Source: Eledone cirrhosa
Lineage: Eukaryota
DNA length: 64,000 nucleotides
Assembly (NCBI GenBank): GCA_964016885.1
Contig: OZ024745.1
Coordinates: 10,974,001-11,038,000 of the forward strand
Direction of reading: 5' to 3'
This document shows, in pieces, positions 1-15,000 of this stretch; the first letter of the stretch is position 1, and each line of letters opens with the position of its first letter. The position numbers and the translations under genes were made by a program. The notes beneath the pieces were generated by a model that did no database searches, was not told the DNA's origin, and saw only the letters and a program-made list of their open reading frames with translations.

Positions 1-3000
1 AGGCTAGAGGTTGTCTCACTGTCCCAGGTATGTTATATAAGGCTAGAGGCTGTTTCACTGTCCCAGGTATGTTATCTAAGGCTAGAGGTTGTCTCACTAT
101 CCCAGGTATGTTATGTAAGGCTAGAGGTTGTTTCACTGTCCCAGGTATGTTATCTAAGGCTAGAGGTTGTCTCACTGTCTCAGGTATGTTATGTAAGGCT
201 AGAGGTTGTCTCACTGTATCAGGTGTGTTATGTAAGGTTCGAGGTTGTCTCACTGTCTCAGGTAGTATTTTGTAAGGCTAGAGGTTGTCTCACTGTCTCA
301 GGTAGTATTTTGTAAGGCTAGAGGTTGTCTCACTGTCTCAGGTATGTTATGTAAGGCTAGAGGTTGTCTCACTGTCTCAGGTATGTTATGTAAGGCTCGA
401 GGTTGTCTCACTGTCTCAGGTATGTTATGTAAGGCTAGAGCTGTCTCACTGTCTCAGGTATGTTATGTAAGGCTAGAGGTTGTCTCACGGTCTCAGGTAT
501 GTTATGTAAGGCTAGAGGATGTCTCACTTTCTCAGGTATGTTATGTAAGGCAAGAGGTTGTCCCACTGTCTCAGGTATGTTATGTAAGGCTAGAGGATGT
601 CTCACTGTCTCAGGTATGTTGTGTAAGGCTAGAGGTTGTCTCACTGTCTCAGGTAGTATTATGTAAGGCTAGAAGTTGTCTCACTGTCTGAGGTATGTTA
701 TGTAAGGCTAGAGGATGTCTCACTGTCTCAGGTATGTTATGTAAGGCTAGAGGATGTCTCACTGTCTCAGGTATGTTATGTAAGGCTAGAGGTTGTCTCA
801 CTGTCTCAGGTATGTTATGTAAGGCTAGAGGTTGTCTCACTGTCTCAGGTATGTTATGTAAGGCTAGAGGATGTCTCACTGTCTCAGGTATGTTATGTAA
901 GGCTAGAGGATGTCTCACTGTCTCAGGTATGTTATGTAAGGCTAGAGGATGTCTCACTGTCTCAGGTATGTTATGTAAGGCTAGAGGTTGTCTCACTGTC
1001 TCAGGTAGTATTATGTAAGGCTAGAGGATGTCTCACTGTCTCAGGTATGTTATGTAAGGCTAGAGGTTGTCTCACTGTCTCAGATAGTATTATGTAAGAC
1101 TCGAGGTTGTCTCACTGTCTCAGGTAGTATTATGTAAGGCTAGAGGTTGTCTCACTGTCTCAGGTAGTATTATGTAAGACTAGAGGTTGTCTCACTGTCT
1201 CAGGTATGTTATCTAAGGCTAGAGGTTGTCTCACTGTCTCTGGTATGTTATGTAAGGCTAGAGGTTGTCTTACTGTCTCAGGTATGTTATGTAAGGCTAG
1301 AGGTTGTCTCACTGTCTCAGGTATGTTATGTAAGGCTAGAGGTTGTCTCACTGTCTCAGGTATGTTATGTAAGGCTAGAAGTTGTATCACTGTCTCAGGT
1401 ATGTTATGTAAGGTTAGAGGTTGTCTCACTGTCTCAGGTAGTATTATGTAAGGCTAGAGGTTGTCTCACTGTCTCAGGTAGTATTATGTAAGGCTAGAGG
1501 TTGTCTCACTGTCTCAGGTATGTTATGTAATGCTAGAGGTTGTCTCACTGTCTCAGGTATGTTATGTAAGGCTAGAGGTTGTCTCACTGTCTCAGGTATG
1601 TTATGTAAGACTCGAGGTTGTCTCACTGTGTCAGGTATGTTATGTAAGGCTCGAGGTTGTCTCACTGTCTCAGGTATGTCATGTAAGGCTAGAGGTTGTT
1701 TCACTGTCCCAGGTATGTTATGTAAGGCTAGAGGTTGTCTCACTGTCTCAGGTATGTTATGTAAGGCTCGAGGTTGTCTCACTGTCTCAGGTATGTTATG
1801 TAAGGCTAGAGGTTGTCTCACTGTCCCAGGTATGTTATGTAAGGCTAGAGGTTGTTTCACTGTCCCAGGTATGTTATGTAAGGCTAGAGGTTGTTTCACT
1901 GTCCCAGGTATGTTATCTAAGGCTAGAGGTTGTCTCACTGTCCCAGGTATGTTATGTAAGGCTAGAGGTTGTTTCACTGTCCCAGGTATGTTATCTAAGG
2001 CTAGAGGTTGTCTCACTATCCCAGGTATGTTATGTAAGGCTAGAGGTTGTTTCACTGTCCCAGGTATGTTACCTAAGGCTAGAGGTTGTCTGACTGTCTC
2101 AGGTATGTTATGTAAGGCTAGAGGTTGTCTCACTGTATCAGGTATGTTATGTAAGGTTCGAGGTTGTCTCACTGTCTCAGGTAGTATTTTGTAAGGCTAG
2201 AGGTTGTCTCACTGTCTCAGGTAGTATTTTGTAAGGCTAGAGGTTGTCTCACTGTCTCAGGTATGTTATGTAAGGCTAGAGGTTGTCTCACTGTCTCAGG
2301 TATGTTATGTAAGGCTCGAGGTTGTCTCACTGTCTCAGGTATGTTATGTAAGGCTAGAGCTGTCTCACTGTCTCAGGTATGTTATGTAAGGCTAGAGGTT
2401 GTCTCACGGTCTCAGGTATGTTATGTAAGGCTAGAGGATGTCTCACTTTCTCAGGTATGTTATGTAAGGCAAGAGGTTGTCCCACTGTCTCAGGTATGTT
2501 ATGTAAGGCTAGAGGATGTCTCACTGTCTCAGGTATGTTATGTAAGGCTAGAGGTTGTCTCACTGTCTCAGGTAGTATTATGTAAGGCTAGAAGTTGTCT
2601 CACTGTCTGAGGTATGGTATGTAAGGCTAGAGGATGTCTCACTGTCTCAGGTATGTTATGTAAGGCTAGAGGATGTCTCACTGTCTCAGGTATGTTATGT
2701 AAGGCTAGAGGTTGTCTCACTGTCTCAGGTATGTTATGTAAGGCTAGAGGTTGTCTCACTGTCTCAGGTATGTTATGTAAGGCTAGAGGATGTCTCACTG
2801 TCTCAGGTATGTTATGTAAGGCTAGAGGATGTCTCACTGTCTCAGGTATGTTATGTAAGGCTAGAGGATGTCTCACTGTCTCAGGTATGTTATGTAAGGC
2901 TAGAGGTTGTCTCACTGTCTCAGGTAGTATTATGTAAGGCTAGAGGATGTCTCACTGTCTCAGGTATGTTATGTAAGGCTAGAGGTTGTCTCACTGTCTC

Positions 3001-6000
3001 AGATAGTATTATGTAAGACTCGAGGTTGTCTCACTGTCTCAGGTAGTATTATGTAAGGCTAGAGGTTGTCTCACTGTCTCAGGTAGTATTATGTAAGACT
3101 AGAGGTTGTCTCACTGTCTCAGGTATGTTATCTAAGGCTAGAGGTTGTCTCACTGTCTCTGGTATGTTATGTAAGGCTAGAGGTTGTCTTACTGTCTCAG
3201 GTATGTTATGTAAGGCTAGAGGATGTCTCACTGTCTCAGGTATGTTATGTAAGGCTAGAGGATGTCTCACTGTCTCAGGTATGTTATGTAAGGCTAGACG
3301 ATGTCTCACTGTCTCAGGTATGTTATGTAAGGCTAGAGGATGTCTCACTGTCTCAGGTATGTTATGTAAGGCTAGAGGTTGTCTCACTGTCTCAGGTAGT
3401 ATTATGTAAGGCTAGAGGATGTCTCATTGTCTCAGGTATGTTATGTAAGGCTAGATGTTGTCTCCTTGTCTCAGGTAGTATTATGTAAGGCTAGAGCTGT
3501 CTCACTGTCTCAGGTAGTATTATGTAAGGCTAGAGGTTGTCTCACTGTCTCAGGTAATATTATGTAAGGCTAGAGGTTGTCTCACTGTCTCAGGTATGTT
3601 ATGTAAGGCTAGAGGTTGTCTCACTGTCTCAGGTATGTTATGTAAGGCTCGAGGTTGTCTCACTGTCTCAGGTAGTATTATGTAAGGCTAGAGGTTGTCT
3701 CACTGTCTCAGGTAGTATTATGTAAGGCTAGAGGTTGTCTCACTGTCTCAGGTATGTTATGTAAGGCTCGAGGTTGTCTCACTGTCTCAGGTAGTATTAT
3801 GTAAGGCTAGAGGTTGTCTCACTGTCTCAGGTAGTATTATGTAAGGCTAGAGGTTGTCTCACTGTCTCAGGTATGTTATGTAAGGCTAGAGGTTGTCTCA
3901 CTGTCTCAGGTAGTATTATGTTAGGCTAGAGGTTGTCTCACTGTCTCAGGTATGTTATGTAAGGCTAGAGGTTGTCTCACTGTCTCAGGTATGTTCTGTA
4001 AGACTAGAGGTTGTCTCACTGTCTCAGGTATGTTATGTAAGGCTCGAGGTTGTCTCACTGTCTCAGGTATGTTATGTAAGGCTCGAGGTTGTCTCACTGT
4101 CTCAGGTATGTTATGTAAGGCTAGAGGTTGTCTCACTGTCTCAGGTAGTATTATGTAAGGCTAGAGGTTGTCTCACTGTCTCAGGTGTGTTATGTAAGGC
4201 TCGAGGTTGTCTCACTGTCTCAGGTAGTATTTTGTAAGGCTAGAGGTTGTCTCACTGTCTCAGGTATGTTATGTAAGGCTAGAGGATGTCTCACTGTCTC
4301 AGGTAGTATTATGTAAGACTAGAGGTCGTCTCACTGTCTCAGGTATGTTATGTAAGGCTAGAGCTTGTCTCACTGTCTCAGGTATGTTATGTAAGGCTAG
4401 AGGTTGTCTCACTGTCTCAGGTAGTATTATCTAAGGCTAGAGGTTGCCTCACTGTCTCAGGTATGTTATGTAAGGCTAGAGGTTGTCGCACTGTGTCAGG
4501 TATGTTATGTAAGGCTAGAGGATGTCTCACTGTCTCAGGTATGTTATGTTAGGCTAGAGGTTGTCTCACTGTCTCAGGTATGTTATGTAAGACTAGAGGT
4601 TGTCTCACTGTCTGGGGTGTGTTATGTAAGGCTCGAGGTTGTCTCACTGTCTCAGGTAGTATTATGTAAGACTAGAGGTCGTGTCACTGTCTCAGGTATG
4701 TTATGTAAGGCTAGAGCTTGTCTCACTGTCTCAGGTAGTATTATGTAAGGCTAGAGGTTGTCTCACTGTATCAGGTAGTATTATGTAAGGCTAGAGGTTG
4801 TCTCACTGTCTCAGGTAGTATTATGTAAGACTAGAGGTCGTCTCACTGTCTCAGGTATGTTATGTAAGGCTAGAGCTTGTCTCACTGTCTCAGGTATGTT
4901 ATGTAAGGCTAGAGGTTGTCTCACTGTCTCAGGTAGTATTATCTAAGGCTAGAGGTTGTCTCACTCTCTCAGGTATGTTATCTAAGGCTAGAGTTTTTAT
5001 CACTGCCTCAGGTATGTTATGTAAGGCTAGAGGTTGTCTCACTGTCTCAGGTATGTTATGTAAGTCTAGAGGTTGTCTCACTGTCTCAGGTAGGTTATGT
5101 AAGGCTAGAGCTTGTCTCACTGTCTCAGGTATGTTATGTAAGGCTAGAGGTTTTCTCACTGTCTCAGGTATGTTATCTAAGGCTAGAGGTTGTCTCACTG
5201 TCTCAGGTATGTTATCTAAGGCTAGAGTATGTCTCACTGTCTCAGGTATGTTATCTAAGGCTAGAAGTTGACTCACTGTCTCAGGTAGTATTATGTAAGG
5301 CTCGAGGTTGTCTCACTGTCTCAGGTAAGTTATGTAAGGCTAGAGGATGTCTCACTGTCTCAGGTAGTATTATGTAAGGCTAGAGGTTGTCTCACTGTCT
5401 CAGGTAGTATTATGTAAGACTAGAGGTCGTCTCACTGTCTCAGGTATGTTATGTAAGGCTAGAGCTTGTCTCACTGTCTCAGGTATGTTATGTAAGGCTA
5501 GAGGTTGTCTCACTTTCTCAGTTGTGTTATGTAAGGCTCGAGGTTGTCTCACTGTCTCAGGTAGTATTATGTAAGACTAGAGGTCGTCTCACTGTCTCAG
5601 GTATGTTATGTAAGGCTAGAGCTTGTCTCACTGTCTCAGGTAGTATTATGTAAGGCTAGAGGTTGTCTCACTGTATCAGGTAGTATTATTTAAGGCTAGA
5701 GGTTGTCTCACTGTCTCAGGTAGTATTATGTGAGACTAGAGGTCGTCTCACTGTCTCAGGTATGTTATGTAAGGCTAGAGCTTGTCTCACTGTCTCAGGT
5801 ATGTTATGTAAGGCTAGAGGTTGTCTCACTGTCTCAGGTAGTATTATCTAAGGCTAGAGGTTGTCTCACTGTCTCAGGTATGTTATCTAAGGCTAGAGTT
5901 TGTATCACTGCCTCAGGTATGTTATGTAAGGCTAGAGGTTGTCTCACTGTCTCAGGTATGTTATGTAAATCTAGAGGTGGTCTCACTGTCTCAGGTATGT

Positions 6001-9000
6001 TATGTAAGGCTAGAGCTTGTCTCACTGTCTCAGGTATGTTATGTAAGGCTAGAGGTTGTCTCACTGTCTCAGGTATGTTATCTAAGGCTAGAGGTTGTCT
6101 CACTGTCTCAGGTATGTTATCTAAGGCTAGAGTATGTCTCACTGTCTCAGGTATGTTATCTAAGGCTAGAAGTTGACTCACTGTCTCAGGTAGTATTATG
6201 TAAGGCTCGAGGTTGTCTCACTGTCTCAGGTATGTTATGTAAGGCTAGATGTTGTCTCCCTGTCTCAGGTAGTATTATGTAAGGCTAGAGGTTGTCTCAC
6301 TGTCTCAGGTATGTTATGTAAGGCTAGAGGTTGTCTCACTGTCTCAGGTAGTATTATGTTAGGCTAGAGGTTGTCTCACTGTCTCAGGTATGTTATGTAA
6401 GGCTAGAGTTTGTCTCACTGTCTCAGGTATGTTCTGTAAGACTAGAGGTTGTCTCACTGTTTCAGGTATGTTATGTAAGGCTCGAGGTTGTCTCACTGTC
6501 TCAGGTATGTTATGTAAGGCTCGAGGTTGTCTCACTGTCTCAGGTATGTTATGTAAGGCTAGAGGTTGTCTCACTGTCTCAGGTAGTATTATGTAAGGCT
6601 AGAGGTTGTCTCACTGTCTCAGGTGTGTTATGTAAGGCTCGAGGTTGTCTCACTGTCTCAGGTAGTATTTTGTAAGGCTAGAGGTTGTCTCACTGTCTCA
6701 GGTATGTTATGTAAGGCTAGAGGATGTCTCACTGTCTCAGGTAGTATTATGTAAGACTAGAGGTCGTCTCACTGTCTCAGGTATGTTATGTAAGGCTAGA
6801 GCTTGTCTCACTGTCTCAGGTAGTATTATGTAAGGCTAGAGGTTGTCTCACTGTATCAGGTAGTATTATGTAAGGCTAGAGGTTGTCTCACTGTCTCAGG
6901 TAGTATTATGTAAGACTAGAGGTCGTCTCACTGTCTCAGGTATGTTATGTAAGGCTAGAGCTTGTCTCACAGTCTCAGGTATGTTATGTAAGGCTAGAGG
7001 TTGTCTCACTGTCTCAGGTAGTATTATCTAAGGCTAGAGGTTGCCTCACTGTCTCAGGTATGTTATGTAAGGCTAGAGGTTGTCTCACTGTGTCAGGTAT
7101 GTTATGTAAGGCTAGAGGATGTCTCACTGTCTCAGGTATGTTATGTAAGGCTAGAGGATGTCTCACTGTCTCAGGTATGTTATGTAAGGCTAGAGGTTGT
7201 CTCACTGTCTCAGGTAGTATTATGTAAGGCTAGAGGATGTCTCACTGTCTCAGGTATGTTATGTAAGGCTAGAGGTTGTCTCACTGTCTCAGATAGTATT
7301 ATGTAAGACTCGAGGTTGTCTCACTGTCTCAGGTAGTATTATGTAAGGCTAGAGGTTGTCTCACTGTCTCAGGTAGTATTATGTAAGACTAGAGGTTGTC
7401 TCACTGTCTCAGGTATGTTATCTAAGGCTAGAGGTTGTCTCACTGTCTCTGGTATGTTATGTAAGGCTAGAGGTTGTCTTACTGTCTCAGGTATGTTATG
7501 TAAGGCTAGAGGATGTCTCACTGTCTCAGGTATGTTATGTAAGGCTAGAGGATGTCTCACTGTCTCAGGTATGTTATGTAAGGCTAGAGGATGTCTCACT
7601 GTCTCAGGTATGTTATGTAAGGCTAGAGGATGTCTCACTGTCTCAGGTATGTTATGTAAGGCTAGAGGTTGTCTCACTGTCTCAGGTAGTATTATGTAAG
7701 GCTAGAGGATGTCTCATTGTCTCAGGTATGTTATTTAAGGCTAGATGTTGTCTCCCTGTCTCAGGTAGTATTATGTAAGGCTAGAGCTGTCTCACTGTCT
7801 CAGGTAGTATTATGTAAGGCTAGAGGTTGTCTCACTGTCTCAGGTATGTTATCTAAGGCTAGAGTATGTCTCACTGTCTCAGGTATGTTATCTAAGGCTA
7901 GAAGTTGACTCACTGTCTCAGGTAGTATTATGTAAGGCTCGAGGTTGTCTCACTGTCTCAGGTATGTTATGTAAGGCTAGATGTTGTCTCCCTGTCTCAG
8001 GTAGTATTATGTAAGGCTAGAGCTGTCTCACTGTCTCAGGTAGTATTATGTAAGGCTAGAGGTTGTCTCACTGTCTCAGGTAATATTATGTAAGGCTAGA
8101 GGTTGTCTCACTGTCTCAGGTATGTTATGTAAGGCTAGAGGTTGTCTCACTGTCTCAGGTATGTTATGTAAGGCTCGAGGTTGTCTCACTGTCTCAGGTA
8201 GTATTATGTAAGGCTAGAGGTTGTCTCACTGTCTCAGGTAGTATTATGTAAGGCTAGAGGTTGTCTCACTGTCTCAGGTATGTTATGTAAGGCTCGAGGT
8301 TGTCTCACTGTCTCAGGTAGTATTATGTAAGGCTAGAGGTTGTCTCACTGTCTCAGGTAGTATTATGTAAGGCTAGAGGTTGTCTCACTGTCTCAGGTAT
8401 GTTATGTAAGGCTAGAGGTTGTCTCACTGTCTCAGGTAGTATTATGTTAGGCTAGAGGTTGTCTCACTGTCTCAGGTATGTTATGTAAGGCTAGAGTTTG
8501 TCTCACTGTCTCAGGTATGTTCTGTAAGACTAGAGGTTGTCTCACTGTTTCAGGTATGTTATGTAAGGCTCGAGGTTGTCTCACTGTCTCAGGTATGTTA
8601 TGTAAGGCTCGAGGTTGTCTCACTGTCTCAGGTATGTTATGTAAGGCTAGAGGTTGTCTCACTGTCTCAGGTAGTATTATGTAAGGCTAGAGGTTGTCTC
8701 ACTGTCTCAGGTGTGTTATGTAAGGCTAGAGGATGTCTCACTGTCTCAGGTAGTATTATGTAAGACTAGAGGTCGTCTCACTGTCTCAGGTATGTTATGT
8801 AAGGCTAGAGCTTGTCTCACTGTCTCAGGTAGTATTATGTAAGGCTAGAGGTTGTCTCACTGTATCAGGTAGTATTATGTAAGGCTAGAGGTTGTCTCAC
8901 TGTCTCAGGTAGTATTATGTAAGACTAGAGGTCGTCTCACTGTCTCAGGTATGTTATGTAAGGCTAGAGCTTGTCTCACAGTCTCAGGTATGTTATGTAA

Positions 9001-12000
9001 GGCTAGAGGTTGTCTCACTGTCTCAGGTAGTATTATCTAAGGCTAGAGGTTGCCTCACTGTCTCAGGTATGTTATGTAAGGCTAGAGGTTGTCTCACTGT
9101 GTCAGGTATGTTATGTAAGGCTAGAGGATGTCTCACTGTCTCAGGTATGTTATGTAAGGCTAGAGGATGTCTCACTGTCTCAGGTATGTTATGTAAGGCT
9201 AGAGGTTGTCTCACTGTCTCAGGTAGTATTATGTAAGGCTAGAGGATGTCTCACTGTCTCAGGTATGTTATGTAAGGCTAGAGGTTGTCTCACTGTCTCA
9301 GATAGTATTATGTAAGACTCGAGGTTGTCTCACTGTCTCAGGTAGTATTATGTAAGGCTAGAGGTTGTCTCACTGTCTCAGGTAGTATTATGTAAGACTA
9401 GAGGTTGTCTCACTGTCTCAGGTATGTTATCTAAGGCTAGAGGTTGTCTCACTGTCTCTGGTATGTTATGTAAGGCTAGAGGTTGTCTTACTGTCTCAGG
9501 TATGTTATGTAAGGCTAGAGGATGTCTCACTGTCTCAGGTATGTTATGTAAGGCTAGAGGATGTCTCACTGTCTCAGGTATGTTATGTAAGGCTAGAGGA
9601 TGTCTCACTGTCTCAGGTATGTTATGTAAGGCTAGAGGATGTCTCACTGTCTCAGGTATGTTATGTAAGGCTAGAGGTTGTCTCACTGTCTCAGGTAGTA
9701 TTATGTAAGGCTAGAGGATGTCTCATTGTCTCAGGTATGTTATTTAAGGCTAGATGTTGTCTCCCTGTCTCAGGTAGTATTATGTAAGGCTAGAGCTGTC
9801 TCACTGTCTCAGGTAGTATTATGTAAGGCTAGAGGTTGTCTCACTGTCTCAGGTAATATTATGTAAGGCTAGAGGTTGTCTCACTGTCTCAGGTATGTTA
9901 TGTAAGGCTAGAGGTTGTCTCACTGTCTCAGGTAGTATTATGTAAGGCTAGAGGTTGTCTCACTGTCTCAGGTAGTATTATGTAAGGCTAGAGGTTGTCT
10001 CACTGTCTCAGGTATGTTATGTAAGGCTCGAGGTTGTCTCACTGTCTCAGGTAGTATTATGTAAGGCTAGAGGTTGTCTCACTGTCTCAGGTAGTATTAT
10101 GTAAGGCTAGAGGTTGTCTCACTGTCTCAGGTATGTTATGTAAGGCTAGAGGTTGTCTCACTGTCTCAGGTAGTATTATGTTAGGCTAGAGGTTGTCTCA
10201 CTGTCTCAGGTATGTTATGTAAGGCTAGAGGTTGTCTCACTGTCTCAGGTATGTTCTGTAAGACTAGAGGTTGTCTCACTGTCTCAGGTATGTTATGTAA
10301 GGCTCGAGGTTGTCTCACTGTCTCAGGTATGTTATGTAAGGCTCGAGGTTGTCTCACTGTCTCAGGTATGTTATGTAAGGCTAGAGGTTGTCTCACTGTC
10401 TCAGGTAGTATTATGTAAGGCTAGAGGTTGTCTCACTGTCTCAGGTGTGTTATGTAAGGCTCGAGGTTGTCTCACTGTCTCAGGTAGTATTTTGTAAGGC
10501 TAGAGGTTGTCTCACTGTCTCAGGTATGTTATGTAAGGCTAGAGGATGTCTCACTGTCTCAGGTAGTATTATGTAAGACTAGAGGTCGTCTCACTGTCTC
10601 AGGTATGTTATGTAAGGCTAGAGCTTGTCTCACTGTCTCAGGTATGTTATGTAAGGCTAGAGGTTGTCTCACTGTCTCAGGTAGTATTATCTAAGGCTAG
10701 AGGTTGCCTCACTGTCTCAGGTATGTTATGTAAGGCTAGAGGTTGTCTCACTGTGTCAGGTATGTTATGTAAGGCTAGAGGATGTCTCACTGTCTCAGGT
10801 ATGTTATGTAAGGCTAGAGGTTGTCTCACTGTCTCAGGTATGTTATCTAAGGCTAGAGTTTGTATCACTGCCTCAGGTATGTTATGTTAGGCTAGAGGTT
10901 GTCTCACTGTCTCAGGTATGTTATGTAAGACTAGAGGTTGTCTCACTGTCTGAGGTGTGTTATGTAAGGCTCGAGGTTGTCTCACTGTCTCAGGTAGTAT
11001 TATGTAAGACTAGAGGTCGTCTCACTGTCTCAGGTATGTTATGTAAGGCTAGAGCTTGTCTCACTGTCTCAGGTAGTATTATGTAAGGCTAGAGGTTGTC
11101 TCACTGTATCAGGTAGTATTATGTAAGGCTAGAGGTTGTCTCACTGTCTCAGGTAGTATTATGTAAGACTAGAGGTCGTCTCACTGTCTCAGGTATGTTA
11201 TGTAAGGCTAGAGCTTGTCTCACTGTCTCAGGTATGTTATGTAAGGCTAGAGGTTGTCTCACTGTCTCAGGTAGTATTATCTAAGGCTAGAGGTTGTCTC
11301 ACTGTCTCAGGTATGTTATCTAAGGCTAGAGTTTTTATCACTGCCTCAGGTATGTTATGTAAGGCTAGAGGTTGTCTCACTGTCTCAGGTATGTTATGTA
11401 AGTCTAGAGGTTGTCTCACTGTCTCAGGTAGGTTATGTAAGGCTAGAGCTTGTCTCACTGTCTCAGGTATGTTATGTAAGGCTAGAGGTTGTCTCACTGT
11501 CTCAGATATGTTATCTAAGGCTAGAGGTTGTCTCACTGTCTCAGGTATGTTATGTAAGGCTAGAGGTTGTCTCACTGTATCAGGTAGTATTATGTAAGGC
11601 TCGAGGTTGTCTCACTGTCTCAGGTAAGTTATGTAAGGCTAGAGGATGTCTCACTGTCTCAGGTAGTATTATGTAAGGCTAGAGGTTGTCTCACTGTCTC
11701 AGGTAGTATTATGTAAGAATAGAGGTCGTCTCACTGTCTCAGGTATGTTATGTAAGGCTAGAGCTTGTCTCACTGTCTCAGGTATGTTATGTAAGGCTAG
11801 AGGTTGTCTCACTGTCTCAGGTGTGTTATGTAAGGCTCGAGGTTGTCTCACTGTCTCAGGTAGTATTATGTAAGACTAGAGGTCGTCTCACTGTCTCAGG
11901 TATGTTATGTAAGGCTAGAGCTTGTCTCACTGTCTCAGGTAGTATTATGTAAGGCTAGAGGTTGTCTCACTGTATCAGGTAGTATTATTTAAGGCTAGAG

Positions 12001-15000
12001 GTTGTCTCACTGTCTCAGGTAGTATTATGTGAGACTAGAGGTCGTCTCACTGTCTCAGGTATGTTATGTAAGGCTAGAGCTTGTCTCACTGTCTCAGGTA
12101 TGTTATGTAAGGCTAGAGGTTGTCTCACTGTCTCAGGTAGTATTATCTAAGGCTAGAGGTTGTCTCACTGTCTCAGGTATGTTATCTAAGGCTAGAGTTT
12201 GTATCACTGCCTCAGGTATGTTATGTAAGGCTAGAGGTTGTCTCACTGTCTCAGGTATGTTATGTAAATCTAGAGGTGGTCTCACTGTCTCAGGTATGTT
12301 ATGTAAGGCTAGAGCTTGTCTCACTGTCTCAGGTATGTTATGTAAGGCTAGAGGTTGACTCACTGTCTCAGGTATGTTATCTAAGGCTAGAGGTTGTCTC
12401 ACTGTCTCAGGTATGTTAGCTAAGGCTAGAGTATGTCTCACTGTCTCAGGTATGTTATCTAAGGCTAGAAGTTGACTCACTGTCTCAGGTAGTATTATGT
12501 AAGGCTCGAGGTTGTCTCACTGTCTCAGGTATGTTATGTAAGGCTAGATGTTGTCTCCCTGTCTCAGGTAGTATTATGTAAGGCTAGAGCTGTCTCACTG
12601 TCTCAGGTAGTATTATGTAAGGCTAGAGGTTGTCTCACTGTCTCAGGTAATATTATGTAAGGGTAGAGGTTGTCTCACTGTCTCAGGTATGTTATGTAAG
12701 GCTAGACGTTGTCCCACTGTCTCAGGTATGTTATGTAAGGCTCGAGGTTGTCTCACTGTCTCAGGTAGTATTATGTAAGGCTAGAGGTTGTCTCACTGTC
12801 TCAGGTATGTTATGTAAGGCTAGAGGTTGTCTCACTGTCTCAGGTAGTATTATGTTAGGCTAGAGGTTGTCTCACTGTCTCAGGTATGTTATGTAAGGCT
12901 AGAGGTTGTCTCACTGTCTCAGGTATGTTCTGTAAGACTAGAGGTTGTCTCACTGTCTCAGGTATGTTATGTAAGGCTCGAGGTTGTCTCACTGTCTCAG
13001 GTATGTTATGTAAGGCTCGAGGTTGTCTCACTGTCTCAGGTATGTTATGTAAGGCTAGAGGTTGTCTCACTGTCTCAGGTAGTATTATGTAAGGCTAGAG
13101 GTTGTCTCACTGTCTCAGGTGTGTTATGTAAGGCTCGAGGTTGTCTCACTGTCTCAGGTAGTATTTTGTAAGGCTAGAGGTTGTCTCACTGTCTCAGGTA
13201 TGTTATGTAAGGCTAGAGGATGTCTCACTGTCTCAGGTAGTATTATGTAAGACTAGAGGTCGTCTCACTGTCTCAGGTATGTTATGTAAGGCTAGAGCTT
13301 GTCTCACTGTCTCAGGTAGTATTATGTAAGGCTAGAGGTTGTCTCACTGTATCAGGTAGTATTATGTAAGGCTAGAGGTTGTCTCACTGTCTCAGGTAGT
13401 ATTATGTAAGACTAGAGGTCGTCTCACTGTCTCAGGTATGTTATGTAAGGCTAGAGCTTGTCTCACAGTCTCAGGTATGTTATGTAAGGCTAGAGGTTGT
13501 CTCACTGTCTCAGGTAGTATTATCTAAGGCTAGAGGTTGCCTCACTGTCTCAGGTATGTTATGTAAGGCTAGAGGTTGTCTCACTGTGTCAGGTATGTTA
13601 TGTAAGGCTAGAGGATGTCTCACTGTCTCAGGTATGTTATGTAAGGCTAGAGGTTGTCTCACTGTCTCAGGTATGTTATCTAAGGCTAGAGTTTGTATCA
13701 CTGCCTCAGGTATGTTATGTTAGGCTAGAGGTTGTCTCACTGTCTCAGGTATGTTATGTAAGACTAGAGGTTGTCTCACTGTCTGAGGTGTGTTATGTAA
13801 GGCTCGAGGTTGTCTCACTGTCTCAGGTAGTATTATGTAAGACTAGAGGTCGTCTCACTGTCTCAGGTATGTTATGTAAGGCTAGAGCTTGTCTCACTGT
13901 CTCAGGTAGTATTATGTAAGGCTAGAGGTTGTCTCACTGTATCAGGTAGTATTATGTAAGGCTAGAGGTTGTCTCACTGTCTCAGGTAGTATTATGTAAG
14001 ACTAGAGGTCGTCTCACTGTCTCAGGTATGTTATGTAAGGCTAGAGCTTGTCTCACTGTCTCAGGTATGTTATGTAAGGCTAGAGGTTGTCTCACTGTCT
14101 CAGGTAGTACTATCTAAGGCTAGAGGTTGTCTCACTGTCTCAGGTATGTTATCTAAGGCTAGAGTTTTTATCACTGCCTCAGGTATGTTATGTAAGGCTA
14201 GAGGTTGTCTCACTGTCTCAGGTATGTTATGTAAGTCTAGAGGTTGTCTCACTGTCTCAGGTAGGTTATGTAAGGCTAGAGCTTGTCTCACTGTCTCAGG
14301 TATGTTATGTAAGGCTAGAGGTTGTCTCACTGTCTCAGGTATGTTATCTAAGGCTAGAGGTTGTCTCACTGTCTCAGGTATGTTATCTAAGGCTAGAGTA
14401 TGTCTCACTGTCTCAGGTATGTTATCTAAGGCTAGAAGTTGACTCACTGTCTCAGGTAGTATTATGTAAGGCTCGAGGTTGTCTCACTGTCTCAGGTAAG
14501 TTATGTAAGGCTAGAGGATGTCTCACTGTCTCAGGTAGTATTATGTAAGGCTAGAGGTTGTCTCACTGTCTCAGGTAGTATTATGTAAGACTAGAGGTCG
14601 TCTCACTGTCTCAGGTATGTTATGTAAGGCTAGAGCTTGTCTCACTGTCTCAGGTATGTTATGTAAGGCTAGAGGTTGTCTCACTGTCTCAGGTGTGTTA
14701 TGTAAGGCTCGAGGTTGTCTCACTGTCTCAGGTAGTATTATGTAAGACTAGAGGTCGTCTCACTGTCTCAGGTATGTTATGTAAGGCTAGAGCTTGTCTC
14801 ACTGTCTCAGGTAGTATTATGTAAGGCTAGAGGTTGTCTCACTGTATCAGGTAGTATTATTTAAGGCTAGAGGTTGTCTCACTGTCTCAGGTAGTATTAT
14901 GTGAGACTAGAGGTCGTCTCACTGTCTCAGGTATGTTATGTAAGGCTAGAGCTTGTCTCACTGTCTCAGGTATGTTATGTAAGGCTAGAGGTTGTCTCAC